A model generated the notes under the pieces. It was not told the DNA's origin and did no database searches. It saw nothing but the letters and a program-made list of their open reading frames with translations. The translations under genes and the position numbers were made by a program. From IMG/VR virus record IMGVR_UViG_2061766007_000116: a stretch of 29,925 nt of DNA; one strand, written 5' to 3'. Source of the DNA: an uncultured virus (IMG/VR IMGVR_UViG_2061766007_000116) (Duplodnaviria > Heunggongvirae > Uroviricota > Caudoviricetes). Within the stretch, counting starts at the first letter, position 1; each line of letters begins with the position of its first letter. Of this stretch, positions 7,320 to 17,720 are shown in pieces.

Positions 7320-10076
7320 ATGGCGTTACCGTTAGAGCCAGTAGTTAAGAAGTTCTTTTCTAATAAAATTGAAAGTACACGCGATGATTGGTATGGATAC
7401 CTAATCCGCATTGCTCGTATTTTCGACAGCCTCGATGGAACAGAGTACGACCGTGAAAAGCTCCTTGGTAAATTCTCGGAGATGAGCAGCCGTCAGGCGA
7501 ACGCTGATAGGGATGTAGCAAACTTCAGAGATGAGTTTGGCGCTTATGGCACATACCTTGGTATATACCACCTTGAAAATATCAATGGCAAATGGATTAT
7601 CGTGGTGTCAAAGGCAGCAAAGGATTTCCTCTGTGGAGCTAATCCAAATGCAGCCGCTTTTTGCCGTGCACAGTTGTCCTTATTCCAATATCCAAACGGG
7701 GCGGGGGCTGTCTTAAATGCTTATGGCACGATGAATGTTCAGGCAAACAGTCTGAGCGATACTGTCCGTGAAATTCGTAATGGCGTAAAGTTAAATCCGC
7801 TTAGGCTTGTATGCCGCATCGTCGTTTCTCAGGTCGAACTTCACCATCGCGCATTGAGTGCCATTGCAATCCCATATCCTGTTTTGCTTTGTATGGTTAA
7901 CGATGACAGGATCAACACCACCTATAATCCTTCCCTTCAAGCAATTGACGCTGCTTTTACTGAGTACTCAGCCCCAAATGCAGACATTTCCATGAATATG
8001 GATGTGCTTACTAACTTCAAGCGAAATTTCCACATTTTTGAAAAAACAGGGTTATTTGTGAGAGATACTCGCTTTGGGCTGATGGTTGCACAAGTAAACT
8101 ACGATGCTACCTATGCATGTATCAAGGCAATCAGCGAGATGGAAGGTCATTTCTCGGCTTTTGACGAGCAGTATGAGTCTCCTGATGATAACGCGATTAA
8201 AGCCATTATTGCCGGAGATGCTTGGGGAAAGTATTATGACGCAGCCACTCTTTCACCTGAACTGCTGGAATCTCTTGGCGTGGAGCTGGATCGGCCTCCC
8301 GAACATCAACGTGATAGGTCTGAAGCGGAGGGCCTTTTGACGCCCGAATGGTTCAATACTCATGGTCAGGCATATTTGTATCTCGATGAGGAGGCCGCAA
8401 CTGTCAGAGCGAAATTCTTGGAAAAATACGGCCTTGACAAGATTGAGGCGCTCGACGGCATTAATCTCCTTAGAACAGTTTTCCTGAATGACGTTAATAA
8501 GGAGAATCTCTGCTACTCGCTCGAATTTGATCCTGAGATGCGAGAGCTTTTCGGAAGTATAAAAAGCGGCACGGCATACAAGTATGGTCTCTTCTATAGC
8601 AAGAAGAATGGAAGCTGGGTAACTGGCAGTGGACAAAAGCCGCGTTATTTATCAGAAGCGGAAGCAATTGAGCTGGGAACACAAATCCGTGACTATCTGC
8701 TTGAAGGAGCAAAAATTGTTACCGCCACACAAGTGCCAGATTCCATCGAGGGTTATAGAGCTCTTTACTCCGTATTGAACGAGGCAACGGGTGGTTTTAT
8801 TAACCGCGTGTGGTTTATGAAGTACTACCACATGCTTGCGCCGAGCCTTTTCCCGCCCATCTATAGTTGGTCCGCTCAGAGCACTGTTCTTAACGCAATC
8901 GGAGAAGAGCCCGATGATAACGCCGTTGTTCGGATGGGGCAACTTGCGACATTCATCGCAAAATGTGATGTAAGCCCAGTTGTTTTCTCACGGACTTTTT
9001 GGTCAGATTATAACGGCGAAGGAACTACGGAGAATGGAGGGGATGAGCCCTTGAAGCCAATAAAGTATTTGACGGGCTATCAGACCCGTTTCTCAAGAAA
9101 TAGAATAGTTTTTGGCGCTCCCGGTACTGGCAAGAGCTTCACACTTAATTCTGAGAAGCAAGAGCTGATAAGTGCTGGAGGGATCTGTGAGCGGGTTACA
9201 TTCCATCCGGACTATTCGTATGCGAACTTTGTCGGAACATATAAACCTGTCCCTGCATTTGCTGATGACGGAAGCAGCGTTATTACTTACAAATTCGTTC
9301 CCGGTCCGTTTATGCGAGTGTATGTTGCCGCGTTGAAGAACAGCCGTGAGGATACAATTCTCCCGCACGTTCTTTTGATCGAAGAGATTAACCGTGCGAA
9401 TGTTGCAGCGGTGTTTGGTGACGTTTTCCAATTGCTGGACAGAAACGATGACGGTGTAAGTGAATACCCCATCTGTGCATCAGAAGATATCAAGGCTTTT
9501 CTGGCTGAAGAGCTTGAAGGGACCCCGGCTGACTTCACAGAAATCAGTTTGCCTGATAACATGTTCATATGGGCAACAATGAACAGCGCCGATCAGGGTG
9601 TTTTCCCAATGGATACCGCTTTCAAGCGGAGATGGGATTTCACTTATATTGGGATTAATGCCGCAGAGGACGGAATCAGAGGAAAAACTGTTACGCTCGG
9701 AACAGGGGCAAATGAACGTGTCGTTGAATGGAACGAACTACGCAAAGCGATCAACGACAGATTGAGCTCTTTCAAAATAAACGAAGACAAGCTGCTGGGA
9801 CCGTATTTCCTCTCAAAGAAAATTGTTCCTGCCGATGGCGCAATTGACCGTGCACGCTTTGAAGACGCCTTCAAGAACAAAGTCCTAATGTACCTGTTTG
9901 ATGATGCCGCCAAGCAAAAGCGTCCATCGCTCTTCGCGGACGGTCTCGATACGACAAAATACTCATCTGTTTGCAGAGCATTTGAGGTCGATGGCGTATT
10001 TGCCTTCTGTTCAGAAATAAGCAGCAAGTTTACTGTTATGCCGGACCATTCTGAAGGAGATGGTGATCCTCAATGA
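7320..10076 (+). CDS. McrB-like AAA+ GTPase, LlaJI.R1-type restriction subunit with long N-terminal region
   Basis: Walker A GAPGTGKS, VTFHPDYSYANFVG, Walker B IEEINRANVAAVFG, McrB signature TMNSADQ, DTAFKRRW; ATG 7320 after GGAGGTG. Confidence 0.93.
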   Translation: MALPLEPVVKKFFSNKIESTRDDWYGYLIRIARIFDSLDGTEYDREKLLGKFSEMSSRQANADRDVANFRDEFGAYGTYLGIYHLENINGKWIIVVSKAAKDFLCGANPNAAAFCRAQLSLFQYPNGAGAVLNAYGTMNVQANSLSDTVREIRNGVKLNPLRLVCRIVVSQVELHHRALSAIAIPYPVLLCMVNDDRINTTYNPSLQAIDAAFTEYSAPNADISMNMDVLTNFKRNFHIFEKTGLFVRDTRFGLMVAQVNYDATYACIKAISEMEGHFSAFDEQYESPDDNAIKAIIAGDAWGKYYDAATLSPELLESLGVELDRPPEHQRDRSEAEGLLTPEWFNTHGQAYLYLDEEAATVRAKFLEKYGLDKIEALDGINLLRTVFLNDVNKENLCYSLEFDPEMRELFGSIKSGTAYKYGLFYSKKNGSWVTGSGQKPRYLSEAEAIELGTQIRDYLLEGAKIVTATQVPDSIEGYRALYSVLNEATGGFINRVWFMKYYHMLAPSLFPPIYSWSAQSTVLNAIGEEPDDNAVVRMGQLATFIAKCDVSPVVFSRTFWSDYNGEGTTENGGDEPLKPIKYLTGYQTRFSRNRIVFGAPGTGKSFTLNSEKQELISAGGICERVTFHPDYSYANFVGTYKPVPAFADDGSSVITYKFVPGPFMRVYVAALKNSREDTILPHVLLIEEINRANVAAVFGDVFQLLDRNDDGVSEYPICASEDIKAFLAEELEGTPADFTEISLPDNMFIWATMNSADQGVFPMDTAFKRRWDFTYIGINAAEDGIRGKTVTLGTGANERVVEWNELRKAINDRLSSFKINEDKLLGPYFLSKKIVPADGAIDRARFEDAFKNKVLMYLFDDAAKQKRPSLFADGLDTTKYSSVCRAFEVDGVFAFCSEISSKFTVMPDHSEGDGDPQ

Positions 10077-11530
10077 TCTCGACTTTCCTCCGTGAACAGA
10101 AGCGTTACACCCAAGCAGAGCTTTGCCACCTTCTGCATTGCTCGGAGACGGAAGCGATTTCTATCATCAAACGCCTGAAAGAGTACGGCGTGCTCAAAGC
10201 TGTAAAAGCCACAGATGCTCAGCGGGATATGAGTGAACTGCTTGATGAGGATATTGAAGTTGCTGAGGTTGAGCCCGGAGAGACAGAGTACTACTACGTT
10301 TTCACCTTCGTGGGCGTGATTACCATCGCAGGCAGGGTGTTAAAGTGTTATCCAAAGTACCTCCTGAAAAGGGAAAAACCGCTTGCGGAACTTAAGCAGA
10401 TCATTAAAGTGCTTGAGCGGTATAATTCCAAAGAGCAGATAATCCGGATGTATAGCGACAGCGCAGATGGCAGAACATTCAACCTTTTAGCGGTTTTGCT
10501 TTATCTGCTGAACGATTATTACGAGAACGGATCATACTCCAGCACACAGGAAATAGTCGAGACCAATGGGTCTGGTGAAATCCTGTGGGATAAAACCATC
10601 AACGAAACCTTCACACTATTGAGCAACAACAGGCCCTATTACCCGGACCTTCAAACGAGAAAACGCGTAGCCGACGATTATGATTATTTCAAACGGCTGC
10701 ATGAGTGCGTTCTGAGTCTGGCAACAAAAGAGCTGCGTTCATCAGATTTGTTGGAACTCTTTGATATCATGCCTGTTGAGCTGTCGGATGAAGACCTCGA
10801 CACCTTCGGTGAACGTGATTATATTCTGTACCGGATAGATCGAGAACTAAATGTTCAGTTCAATACCCGCAAACAGCTTGTGCTCAAAACGCTCTACAGT
10901 TACGTCAGTCATGAGGGCGGACTATATGATGTTGACGCTTTCTCGATGTTTGGGACAAATAGCTTCAACTTGGTTTGGGAACGAGTATGTGCGGATGTCA
11001 TGGATAACCAGCTTCAGACACCGCTTGGCGCACTACGCTTGCCAACACGACTGCATCCCGATTATCAGGATCAGCGGGACCTGCCGCTTATATCCTTGAT
11101 AGAAAGGCCGATATGGAGTGGCGCGGGTTATTCCCATGTTGCTACAGATACACTCATTCCTGACTTGGTCTCGATTTCACGAGACGAATCTCGGTCAGCA
11201 TTCATCATTTTTGATGCAAAGTATTATACGCCTCAGCTCCAGCCGGGGAAGGTACTTCGAGCTCAGCCGGGGATTGAGTCAGTCACAAAACAGTATCTAT
11301 ATCAACTGGCTTTTCAACCATTTGTCGAGAAACACGGCATCAGCAAAGTCGCAAACTGTTTCCTGATGCCCACGGAGGACCACACTATCATTGACAAAGG
11401 AACGGCCTCCATGCCTATGCTTGATGCACTCGGCTTAGAAAAAATCAAGGTAAGATTTCTCCCGGCAACGGTTATGTACGACCATTATATTGCCGGGACA
11501 AAAATGGATTTGAGCGAACTTAACCTTTAA
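10073..11530 (+). CDS. LlaJI-family restriction endonuclease (McrC-like PD-(D/E)xK)
   Basis: ATGA overlap with the GTPase gene; FTFVGVI..KCYPKY, GEILWDKTINE, FNLVWERVC, IPDLV...IFDAKYY, PG.ESVTKQYLY. Confidence 0.9.
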   Translation: MISTFLREQKRYTQAELCHLLHCSETEAISIIKRLKEYGVLKAVKATDAQRDMSELLDEDIEVAEVEPGETEYYYVFTFVGVITIAGRVLKCYPKYLLKREKPLAELKQIIKVLERYNSKEQIIRMYSDSADGRTFNLLAVLLYLLNDYYENGSYSSTQEIVETNGSGEILWDKTINETFTLLSNNRPYYPDLQTRKRVADDYDYFKRLHECVLSLATKELRSSDLLELFDIMPVELSDEDLDTFGERDYILYRIDRELNVQFNTRKQLVLKTLYSYVSHEGGLYDVDAFSMFGTNSFNLVWERVCADVMDNQLQTPLGALRLPTRLHPDYQDQRDLPLISLIERPIWSGAGYSHVATDTLIPDLVSISRDESRSAFIIFDAKYYTPQLQPGKVLRAQPGIESVTKQYLYQLAFQPFVEKHGISKVANCFLMPTEDHTIIDKGTASMPMLDALGLEKIKVRFLPATVMYDHYIAGTKMDLSELNL

Positions 11531-11566
11531 ACCGTAGAGAGTCTTTGGAAAAGAGGTAGCCGGTAA

Positions 11567-12502
11567 ATGAACGCACAGGCAAAAACAATTAACCTGCTGT
11601 TATACGATGGGAATCTTAGCGGAGTTATCAGCATCGAAGATTCGAGCTGGAATTCGGGTGAGCTGTATTCTGCGCCTCGTGCGTCTGTGCAGGACCTGCT
11701 CCAAACCGATGCCTGCAACAAGTATGGCGTTTATCTTCTGCTTTCCAACAGCATGGTCTATGTGGGGCAGTCTTCCGATTTGGCAAAGCGCCTGACTCAG
11801 CACACCATCGGGAAGGACTGGTGGGAAAGCGCAGTAATACTAACAACAAAGGACGATAACCTGACCCGCTCGGACATCGATTATCTTGAATATGTCCTTA
11901 TTGAGCGAGCATTTGCAATTGACAAACTGGATTGCGATAACAAGAAAAAAGGCAATCCGCCGAAGGTTGATAAGTTTCGCCGCGTTATTCTGGACCAGTA
12001 TCTTGCTGAGGCCCTGTTCCTGATGCAGCTCATAGGCATCACAGTGTTTTCTGATGGGAAAGCCAAAAAGTCCGATAAGAATGTAAAGGCAGCACCGATT
12101 ACGCCTGTCATTAACACAATGGATGTTAAGGCAAAACTCACTCTCGGCAAACGTGTAAAAGCAGAAGCGGTCCAGTATGTGAAGGACCACGGTGTGGAGC
12201 TCGGCAAGGAAGTCAGCTATGCTGTGCGCCAGACGAATAAGTCAGAATTTTGGATTAATCCCAAGAGAGATCTCTTGACAAAAGACTGGTACATAGTGCT
12301 GAACGACAACAAAAATAATAATCTCATCGTTCTGAATATCCCTGCAAACACCATTGGGCTGAAGAACGGGAGTAACACTGGATTGATAGCCCGAGCTGAC
12401 AGGCCGGAGGTCATTGATCTGACGATTGCCTGTGATACTCTGATTGACCGCCGCAGCGGGTTTGATTTCAAGCCGTTTGTGATGCAAAAAGTCCCGTATT
12501 GA
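11567..12502 (+). CDS. GIY-YIG nuclease-domain protein with unassigned C-terminal domain
   Basis: GVYLL...VYVGQS....RL.QH...KDWW...YLE...N motif set in the N-terminal half. Confidence 0.82.
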   Translation: MNAQAKTINLLLYDGNLSGVISIEDSSWNSGELYSAPRASVQDLLQTDACNKYGVYLLLSNSMVYVGQSSDLAKRLTQHTIGKDWWESAVILTTKDDNLTRSDIDYLEYVLIERAFAIDKLDCDNKKKGNPPKVDKFRRVILDQYLAEALFLMQLIGITVFSDGKAKKSDKNVKAAPITPVINTMDVKAKLTLGKRVKAEAVQYVKDHGVELGKEVSYAVRQTNKSEFWINPKRDLLTKDWYIVLNDNKNNNLIVLNIPANTIGLKNGSNTGLIARADRPEVIDLTIACDTLIDRRSGFDFKPFVMQKVPY

Positions 12503-12512
12503 ATAAGCCAAG

Positions 12513-12845
12513 ATGGAATTTGTAATTAGCAACTATGTGACAATATGGCAAAAGTATAATCCGTTTGAATTATCGGCATTTGACCCTGTGCGGGGTTATA
12601 TTGATCAGAGTCCAGAGATTATGATGGCACGAATGCTGGGCTACAACCCTACCCGGATTCGTATCAAGAAGGACTGGCATGATGTGCTCCCGTTGCATCA
12701 GGTGGCGCGGTCAACAAGCCCGGTTGATTGCGGCTTTCATTTCCTCTATATTCAGGTCAATCTGAACACGAATGAGTATTATATCGGGAAGGTCAATAAA
12801 CTTTTTGCAATATACTTAGTTATAAAACATTTATTAATTGGAGGT
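12513..12845 (+). pseudogene. Truncated ORF ending in a GIY-YIG-like motif; interrupted or cut by the gap
   Basis: FLYIQVNLNTNEYYIGK resembles the first GIY-YIG hairpin; the sequence then turns AT-rich and reaches the N gap at 12846-12855. Confidence 0.45.
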
Positions 12846-12856
12846 NNNNNNNNNNA

Positions 12857-14308
12857 GATGAACAGCTTGTCAGCCTTAAGACACAGAAGAATCATTACGA
12901 ACGCTACATTAAGGCAAGACCCGAGTGGGAATATGCCGGCCTCTATTATGACGAAGGGGTGACCGGTACAAAGTTGGCAAAGCGTGATGGCCTTTTACGA
13001 CTTCTCGCTGATTGCGATAAGGGTATGATCGATTACATCATCGTAAAGTCTATCAGCCGCTTTTCCAGAAACACGGTCGACAGCATCGAGATTGTTCGCA
13101 AACTTTGTCAGGATGGTATCTACATCTATTTTGAAAAAGAGAAAATTGATACCGGGAAGATGGAGGGCGAGTTGTTGCTCTCCATTTTATCGAGTCTGGC
13201 AGAAAGCGAATCAAGGTCTATTTCTGACAATGAAACCTGGAGCATACAAAAGCGCTTCATGAACGGGTCCTTCAAAATCGGGTATCCTCCATATGGATAC
13301 AAGAATGTAAAAGGCGAAATGATCATTGAGCCTGAAAAGGCAGAGATTGTTCGGTGGATCTTTGATGAGATACTTGCTGGAAAATCTCCGGCTGAGGTCG
13401 CCAAGGAACTGAACCAAAAAGGAGTGCCTTCAAAGCGCGGTGGTCGGTGGGAAGGGCATGTGATCAATGGCATGCTTCGAAATGAGAAGTACACAGGTGA
13501 TGTGCTTTTCCAGAAGACTTACACAGATGACCGTTTCAATCGGCATGTAAATCGCGGAGAGAAGAACCAGTATTACATGCAAAATCACCACGAGGCGATT
13601 GTAAGCCATGAGGTTTTTGATGCAGCCAGTGCTCTTATTGAAGCAAATGGTCTGGAAAAGGGCATTCACAAAGACTCAGATAAGTATAAAAACAGATATG
13701 CAATGTCAGGAAAGATTATCTGTGCAGAGTGTGGTGGTACATGGAAGCGAGTAAAACTCGGTAATAGGTTCGGCTTTGCTTGTAATACTCATGTGAAAGA
13801 TATGAACGCATGCAGCATGATGTCGATTAAGGAAGATCCCGTGAAAGCAGCTTTCGTGACAATGATGAATAAGCTAACCTTCGCAAGAGGCAAGATCCTG
13901 GTTCCTTATTCGGAGATGCTAAAAAGAGGAAGCGACGAAGGTACATTTGAGCGTCTGGATGAGATAGACACCTTGCTTGAAAAGAACATGGAACGAAGGC
14001 AGCAGATCATGCAGTTCTTTACAAAAGGGCTTCTGGACCCGGCGGTCTATGCCGAGGAGAATGATTCCCTTACTGATGAGGAGAAACGACTTACATCAGA
14101 GAAAGAATTATTGTCCGGCCAGATGAGTGGTAGCCATGATCAGCAAGAGGCCCTAACGCGGTTGCTTCGATACACTGCAAAGGGGAAAACAATTACAGAA
14201 TTTGACGACGATCTCTTCACAGAGCATGTGGACCATGTCGTGGTTTATAAAAGAACGGAGATCGGCTTTGCTATGAAGTGCGGGCCGATATTCCGGGAAA
14301 GGATTTGA
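12857..14308 (+). CDS. Large serine recombinase 1 of triple module (5' end lost in gap)
   Basis: Frame is open from the gap (DEQLVSLKTQKNHY...YYDEGVTGT); [25 protein letters not shown], zinc ribbon CAECG..C..C. Confidence 0.92.
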   Translation, partial: DEQLVSLKTQKNHYERYIKARPEWEYAGLYYDEGVTGTKLAKRDGLLRLLADCDKGMIDYIIVKSISRFSRNTVDSIEIVRKLCQDGIYIYFEKEKIDTGKMEGELLLSILSSLAESESRSISDNETWSIQKRFMNGSFKIGYPPYGYKNVKGEMIIEPEKAEIVRWIFDEILAGKSPAEVAKELNQKGVPSKRGGRWEGHVINGMLRNEKYTGDVLFQKTYTDDRFNRHVNRGEKNQYYMQNHHEAIVSHEVFDAASALIEANGLEKGIHKDSDKYKNRYAMSGKIICAECGGTWKRVKLGNRFGFACNTHVKDMNACSMMSIKEDPVKAAFVTMMNKLTFARGKILVPYSEMLKRGSDEGTFERLDEIDTLLEKNMERRQQIMQFFTKGLLDPAVYAEENDSLTDEEKRLTSEKELLSGQMSGSHDQQEALTRLLRYTAKGKTITEFDDDLFTEHVDHVVVYKRTEIGFAMKCGPIFRERI

Positions 14309-14309
14309 T

Positions 14310-14732
14310 ATGCAGCACACACCATATGGATATGACATTATCGGTGGAAAGGCCGTAGTAAATGAAGAGCAGGCTTCTAACATCCATAAGATTTGTGAAA
14401 ACTATCTTGGTGGAATGTCATTTATATCCGCAGCGGCTGATGTAGGGCTTACCATGAGCCACTGTGGGGTAAAGCGGATGATTCAAAACAAGAAGCTGCT
14501 CGGTGACGATTTTTATCCAGCAATACTAACGGAAGAGACAGCCCGGCAGATCGAGGACGAAAGAGTCCGTAGAGAAAAAGCCCTGGGCCGAGACAAAAGA
14601 GGTCACAAGATAGTCGAGAAAGCAAAAGGACACACAGCTTTCTCGATATCGAGGGTCCCGATAAAATACGATAACCCAATCAAGCAAGCAGAATACGCAT
14701 ACAGCCTGATACAAAGTGAGGTGAACGGATAA
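14310..14732 (+). CDS. Small recombinase-domain protein (middle gene of triple module)
   Basis: HTPYGY.I..GKAVV.EE.A...YL.G.S and GDDFYPAI; no catalytic domain; abuts both large recombinases. Confidence 0.85.
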   Translation: MQHTPYGYDIIGGKAVVNEEQASNIHKICENYLGGMSFISAAADVGLTMSHCGVKRMIQNKKLLGDDFYPAILTEETARQIEDERVRREKALGRDKRGHKIVEKAKGHTAFSISRVPIKYDNPIKQAEYAYSLIQSEVNG

Positions 14733-16303
14733 TGCCTTTAGCACAGAATATTACGGTGATCCCGGCAAGACGCTCCATTGGAACACAGAAGCCGGCTGCC
14801 AAGATACAGAAAATACGAGTCGCAGCATACTGCCGAGTATCTACAGAATTTGAGGAGCAGGAATCGAGCTACGATGTCCAGGTCGATCATTACACCAATT
14901 ACATTAAAAGTAATCCGGAATGGGAAATGGTCGAGGTTTATGCTGACGATGGTATCTCTGGTACCAACACGAAAAAGCGTGATGAGTTTAACAGGATGAT
15001 CGAGGATTGTAAGGCCGGTAAGATCGACATGATACTTACCAAATCCATCAGCCGATTCTCACGAAATACGGTTGACTGCCTGAAATACACTCGCGAGCTT
15101 AAGGACATGAATATAGCAGTATTCTTCGAGAAGGAGAATATAAACACTTTGGATGCCAAGGGAGAGGTCCTTATGACAATCATGGCGGCCCTTGCGCAGC
15201 AGGAATCAGAATCCTTGTCTGCGAATGTACGCCTCGGTATTCAGTTCCGTAACCAGCAAGGAAAGGTGCAGATCAACCACAATTGGTTCCTGGGCTACAC
15301 AAAAGACGAGGATGGGAAACTTATCATTGTCCCGGAGGAAGCAGCAGTAGTACAGCGTATCTACGCAGAATATTTAGATGGGCAGAGTTTTTTACAGATC
15401 AAGAGGGGCCTTGAGGCTGACGGAGTTTTAAACGGTGCCGGTCATAAGAAGTGGCATGAAAGCAACATAAAGCAGATTCTTACCAATGAGAAGTACATCG
15501 GAGATGCCCTTTTACAAAAGACGTACACAGTAAATACTCTGGAAAAGAAGCGAGTAAATAACAACGGAATCGCTCCAAAGTACTATGTGGAAGGTAGCCA
15601 TGAGGCGATAATTGATAAAGATGTATTCCTTCGGGTGCAGGCCGAGATTGCAAGGCGAGCAAACATCCTAACTGATGGAAAGAAACGTATCTACAGCTCG
15701 CGTTACGCTTTATCGAGTATTGTATTCTGCGGGCACTGCGGAGATATTTTCAGGAGAATCAAATGGAATAATCGCGGGTGCAAATCAGTCGTCTGGCGCT
15801 GTGTAAGCAGGGTACTAAAAAAGAGCAGCGGTATCGACTGCCCGGCCCGAACGATTCATGAAGAGGATTTGCAGGCGGCAGTTGTTACTGCAGTAAACGA
15901 TGCCTGGTCAAGGAAGGATGCTATCCTGCCGGAACTACGTGAAAACATTAGGTCAGTTCTTCAGGAAGATACAGATGCCAAGCTCGCTGAAATAGATGCT
16001 GAGGTAAATCAGAAACAGGCTGAGCTCTTGGATGCTGGTAAGGATCAAAACAAGATCGATGAGATTGCCGAAGCTATAATGACACTCAGAGAAACGCGCC
16101 AGTCAATTTTAACAGAAGCTGCCATGAAAAAGGATGTACAAGATCGCATCGAAGACCTGGCTACATTCCTTGATGAGCAGGTCGAGGCGGTTACAGAATA
16201 CTCGGATGCACTGGTGCGTAGGCTCATAGAGAGGATCACAGTTTACGATGAGAAGCTGATCGTTGAGTTTAAATCCGGCCTGGAAGTTGAGGTCGAAGCA
16301 TAA
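14732..16303 (+). CDS. Large serine recombinase 3 of triple module
   Basis: [44 protein letters not shown], zinc ribbon CGHCG...WRC..C, coiled coil. Confidence 0.96.
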   Translation: MPLAQNITVIPARRSIGTQKPAAKIQKIRVAAYCRVSTEFEEQESSYDVQVDHYTNYIKSNPEWEMVEVYADDGISGTNTKKRDEFNRMIEDCKAGKIDMILTKSISRFSRNTVDCLKYTRELKDMNIAVFFEKENINTLDAKGEVLMTIMAALAQQESESLSANVRLGIQFRNQQGKVQINHNWFLGYTKDEDGKLIIVPEEAAVVQRIYAEYLDGQSFLQIKRGLEADGVLNGAGHKKWHESNIKQILTNEKYIGDALLQKTYTVNTLEKKRVNNNGIAPKYYVEGSHEAIIDKDVFLRVQAEIARRANILTDGKKRIYSSRYALSSIVFCGHCGDIFRRIKWNNRGCKSVVWRCVSRVLKKSSGIDCPARTIHEEDLQAAVVTAVNDAWSRKDAILPELRENIRSVLQEDTDAKLAEIDAEVNQKQAELLDAGKDQNKIDEIAEAIMTLRETRQSILTEAAMKKDVQDRIEDLATFLDEQVEAVTEYSDALVRRLIERITVYDEKLIVEFKSGLEVEVEA

Positions 16304-16314
16304 AGCTATTTTTT

Positions 16315-16345
16315 GGGGCGCTCCTTCGGGGGCGTCTTTATTTGT
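16315..16345 (+). terminator. Intrinsic terminator after the recombinase module
   Basis: ggggcgctcc-TTCG-ggggcgtctt stem with UUCG loop, followed by a T-rich tail. Confidence 0.75.
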
Positions 16346-16436
16346 TGGAAAATATAATGAAATCTGAGGTGACGTGTGATATAATAAATTTCACTATTAG
16401 TGCAATTGGGTTTAACTCATGTGAGGTAGACAAGGC

Positions 16437-16643
16437 ATGTTAAAGAACAATATTGAGATAGATGTAAAAGTAAAATGCGTAGAAGAACAGACCACACAAG
16501 CTGAATTGGCTGAAAAAGTAGGAACTTCTCCTTCATATGTGAATCGATTGATTAAAAGTCCGGAGAAGATCGTAAATGCTACATATTTAAAAATGATGGA
16601 GCAGCTTGGGTATGACGTCCAGCTCACTTATGTGAAGAGATAG
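16437..16643 (+). CDS. Small XRE-type HTH protein (68 aa)
   Basis: TQAELAEKVGTSPSYVNRLIK; GAGG upstream; extended -10 TGaTATAAT at 16377-16385. Confidence 0.8.
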   Translation: MLKNNIEIDVKVKCVEEQTTQAELAEKVGTSPSYVNRLIKSPEKIVNATYLKMMEQLGYDVQLTYVKR

Positions 16644-16697
16644 TCTCGCGAAAATTACAGACTCCATTATAGAAATATCGCGAAAGGGTAATTTAAA

Positions 16698-17720
16698 ATG
16701 GACGAAGAAAAAATCATCATTCCACCTGAAGATGTAGAAATAATCGATGCATCTGAATATAGAGAAGAACTGTCAGAGCATTTCGGGCAGGTACCTGAAG
16801 TGGCAAAGCCTCTACTAAAAGGTGCCAAGACAGCTTTCTCAAAAATAGAGAAGGCATTATATACTGCGCCGGCTTTTATTAACGCAGTAAAAGCAGCAGT
16901 GCCGGATGTGACGTTGCAGGCTGTTCTTACTGATGAACAGAAGCAGCAGATTGCTAAAGGCGCTCTTAAGCTGATGACAAAAAAAGATGGGACCCTGATG
17001 GCGAATCTTGTTAATCCGGAGACAAAGAAAATCGTTACAACGATTCCTTTGAAATCTGTACAGATGGCTCCCGAGATGACACAGGCAATGACGAGTTTTT
17101 CTACTCAAATGCAGATGGCGCAGATTGCCGAGGAGATCCAGGCAGTACAGCTTGCTGTCGAAGAAGTACGAATGGGTCAAGAATACGATCGATTGGCTAC
17201 AGCGTATAGTTGCCAGCAGAAACTGTTACAAGCAATGGAGATAAAAAATCCTGAACTGAAAGCGATGGCGCTTATGCAGTTAGCAGCGGCAGCAGAGGAC
17301 AGCAGAAATCTTCTAATGCTGAGTCAGAAAAGCAATGTTGAGTTTATTAAGGATCAGCCTGAGAACTTTATACAGAAGATACTTTCTGGGGCCACACCTG
17401 AAAAGATTAACGGTAGGATGAGTGAAATCCGTGAGAGTCTGTGCGCAGTAAACATGGTTTCTTTTGCAGAAGCTATGGCGTATCAGGAACTCGGAGAGCA
17501 CGAAGCGGCAAGAAAGAGTCTTACATATTATGCGGGCTTTATCGAAAGCACTTACACCTCAGTGCCAGGATTAGTTCAGCGGCTGGATTTGATTGATCCC
17601 GCTCCTGAGAATTACTGGTCAAAGGCTCTGCCTGATATTAGTGAAAAGATAAAAGCTCTTCCGAGTATACCAGATACAAAATTATTAGAGACAAAGAGAA
17701 GCAGGAGGAAGAAAAAATGA
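16698..17720 (+). CDS. Hypothetical helical protein (340 aa)
   Basis: Long clean ORF with AAAGGG RBS and a central coiled-coil-like segment; no catalytic motif recognised. Confidence 0.85.
   Translation: MDEEKIIIPPEDVEIIDASEYREELSEHFGQVPEVAKPLLKGAKTAFSKIEKALYTAPAFINAVKAAVPDVTLQAVLTDEQKQQIAKGALKLMTKKDGTLMANLVNPETKKIVTTIPLKSVQMAPEMTQAMTSFSTQMQMAQIAEEIQAVQLAVEEVRMGQEYDRLATAYSCQQKLLQAMEIKNPELKAMALMQLAAAAEDSRNLLMLSQKSNVEFIKDQPENFIQKILSGATPEKINGRMSEIRESLCAVNMVSFAEAMAYQELGEHEAARKSLTYYAGFIESTYTSVPGLVQRLDLIDPAPENYWSKALPDISEKIKALPSIPDTKLLETKRSRRKKK

Larger units (their letters stand above)
12857..16303 (+). mobile_element. Triple serine-recombinase integration module (ICE/IME/prophage-type)
   Basis: Large-small-large recombinase arrangement known from Firmicutes integrative elements; att sites not identified. 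Confidence 0.75.

Noticed and set aside
12513..12962. ORF calls spanning N gaps (12513..12962, 25142..25504, 25549..26712, 26256..26936, 28196..28702)
   Set aside because: Chimeric reading through Ns; the sequences on either side belong to different genes or alleles.
16646..16685. TCGCGAAA repeated 32 bp apart upstream of the 340-aa gene
   Set aside because: Only two short copies and no supporting promoter geometry; could be chance.
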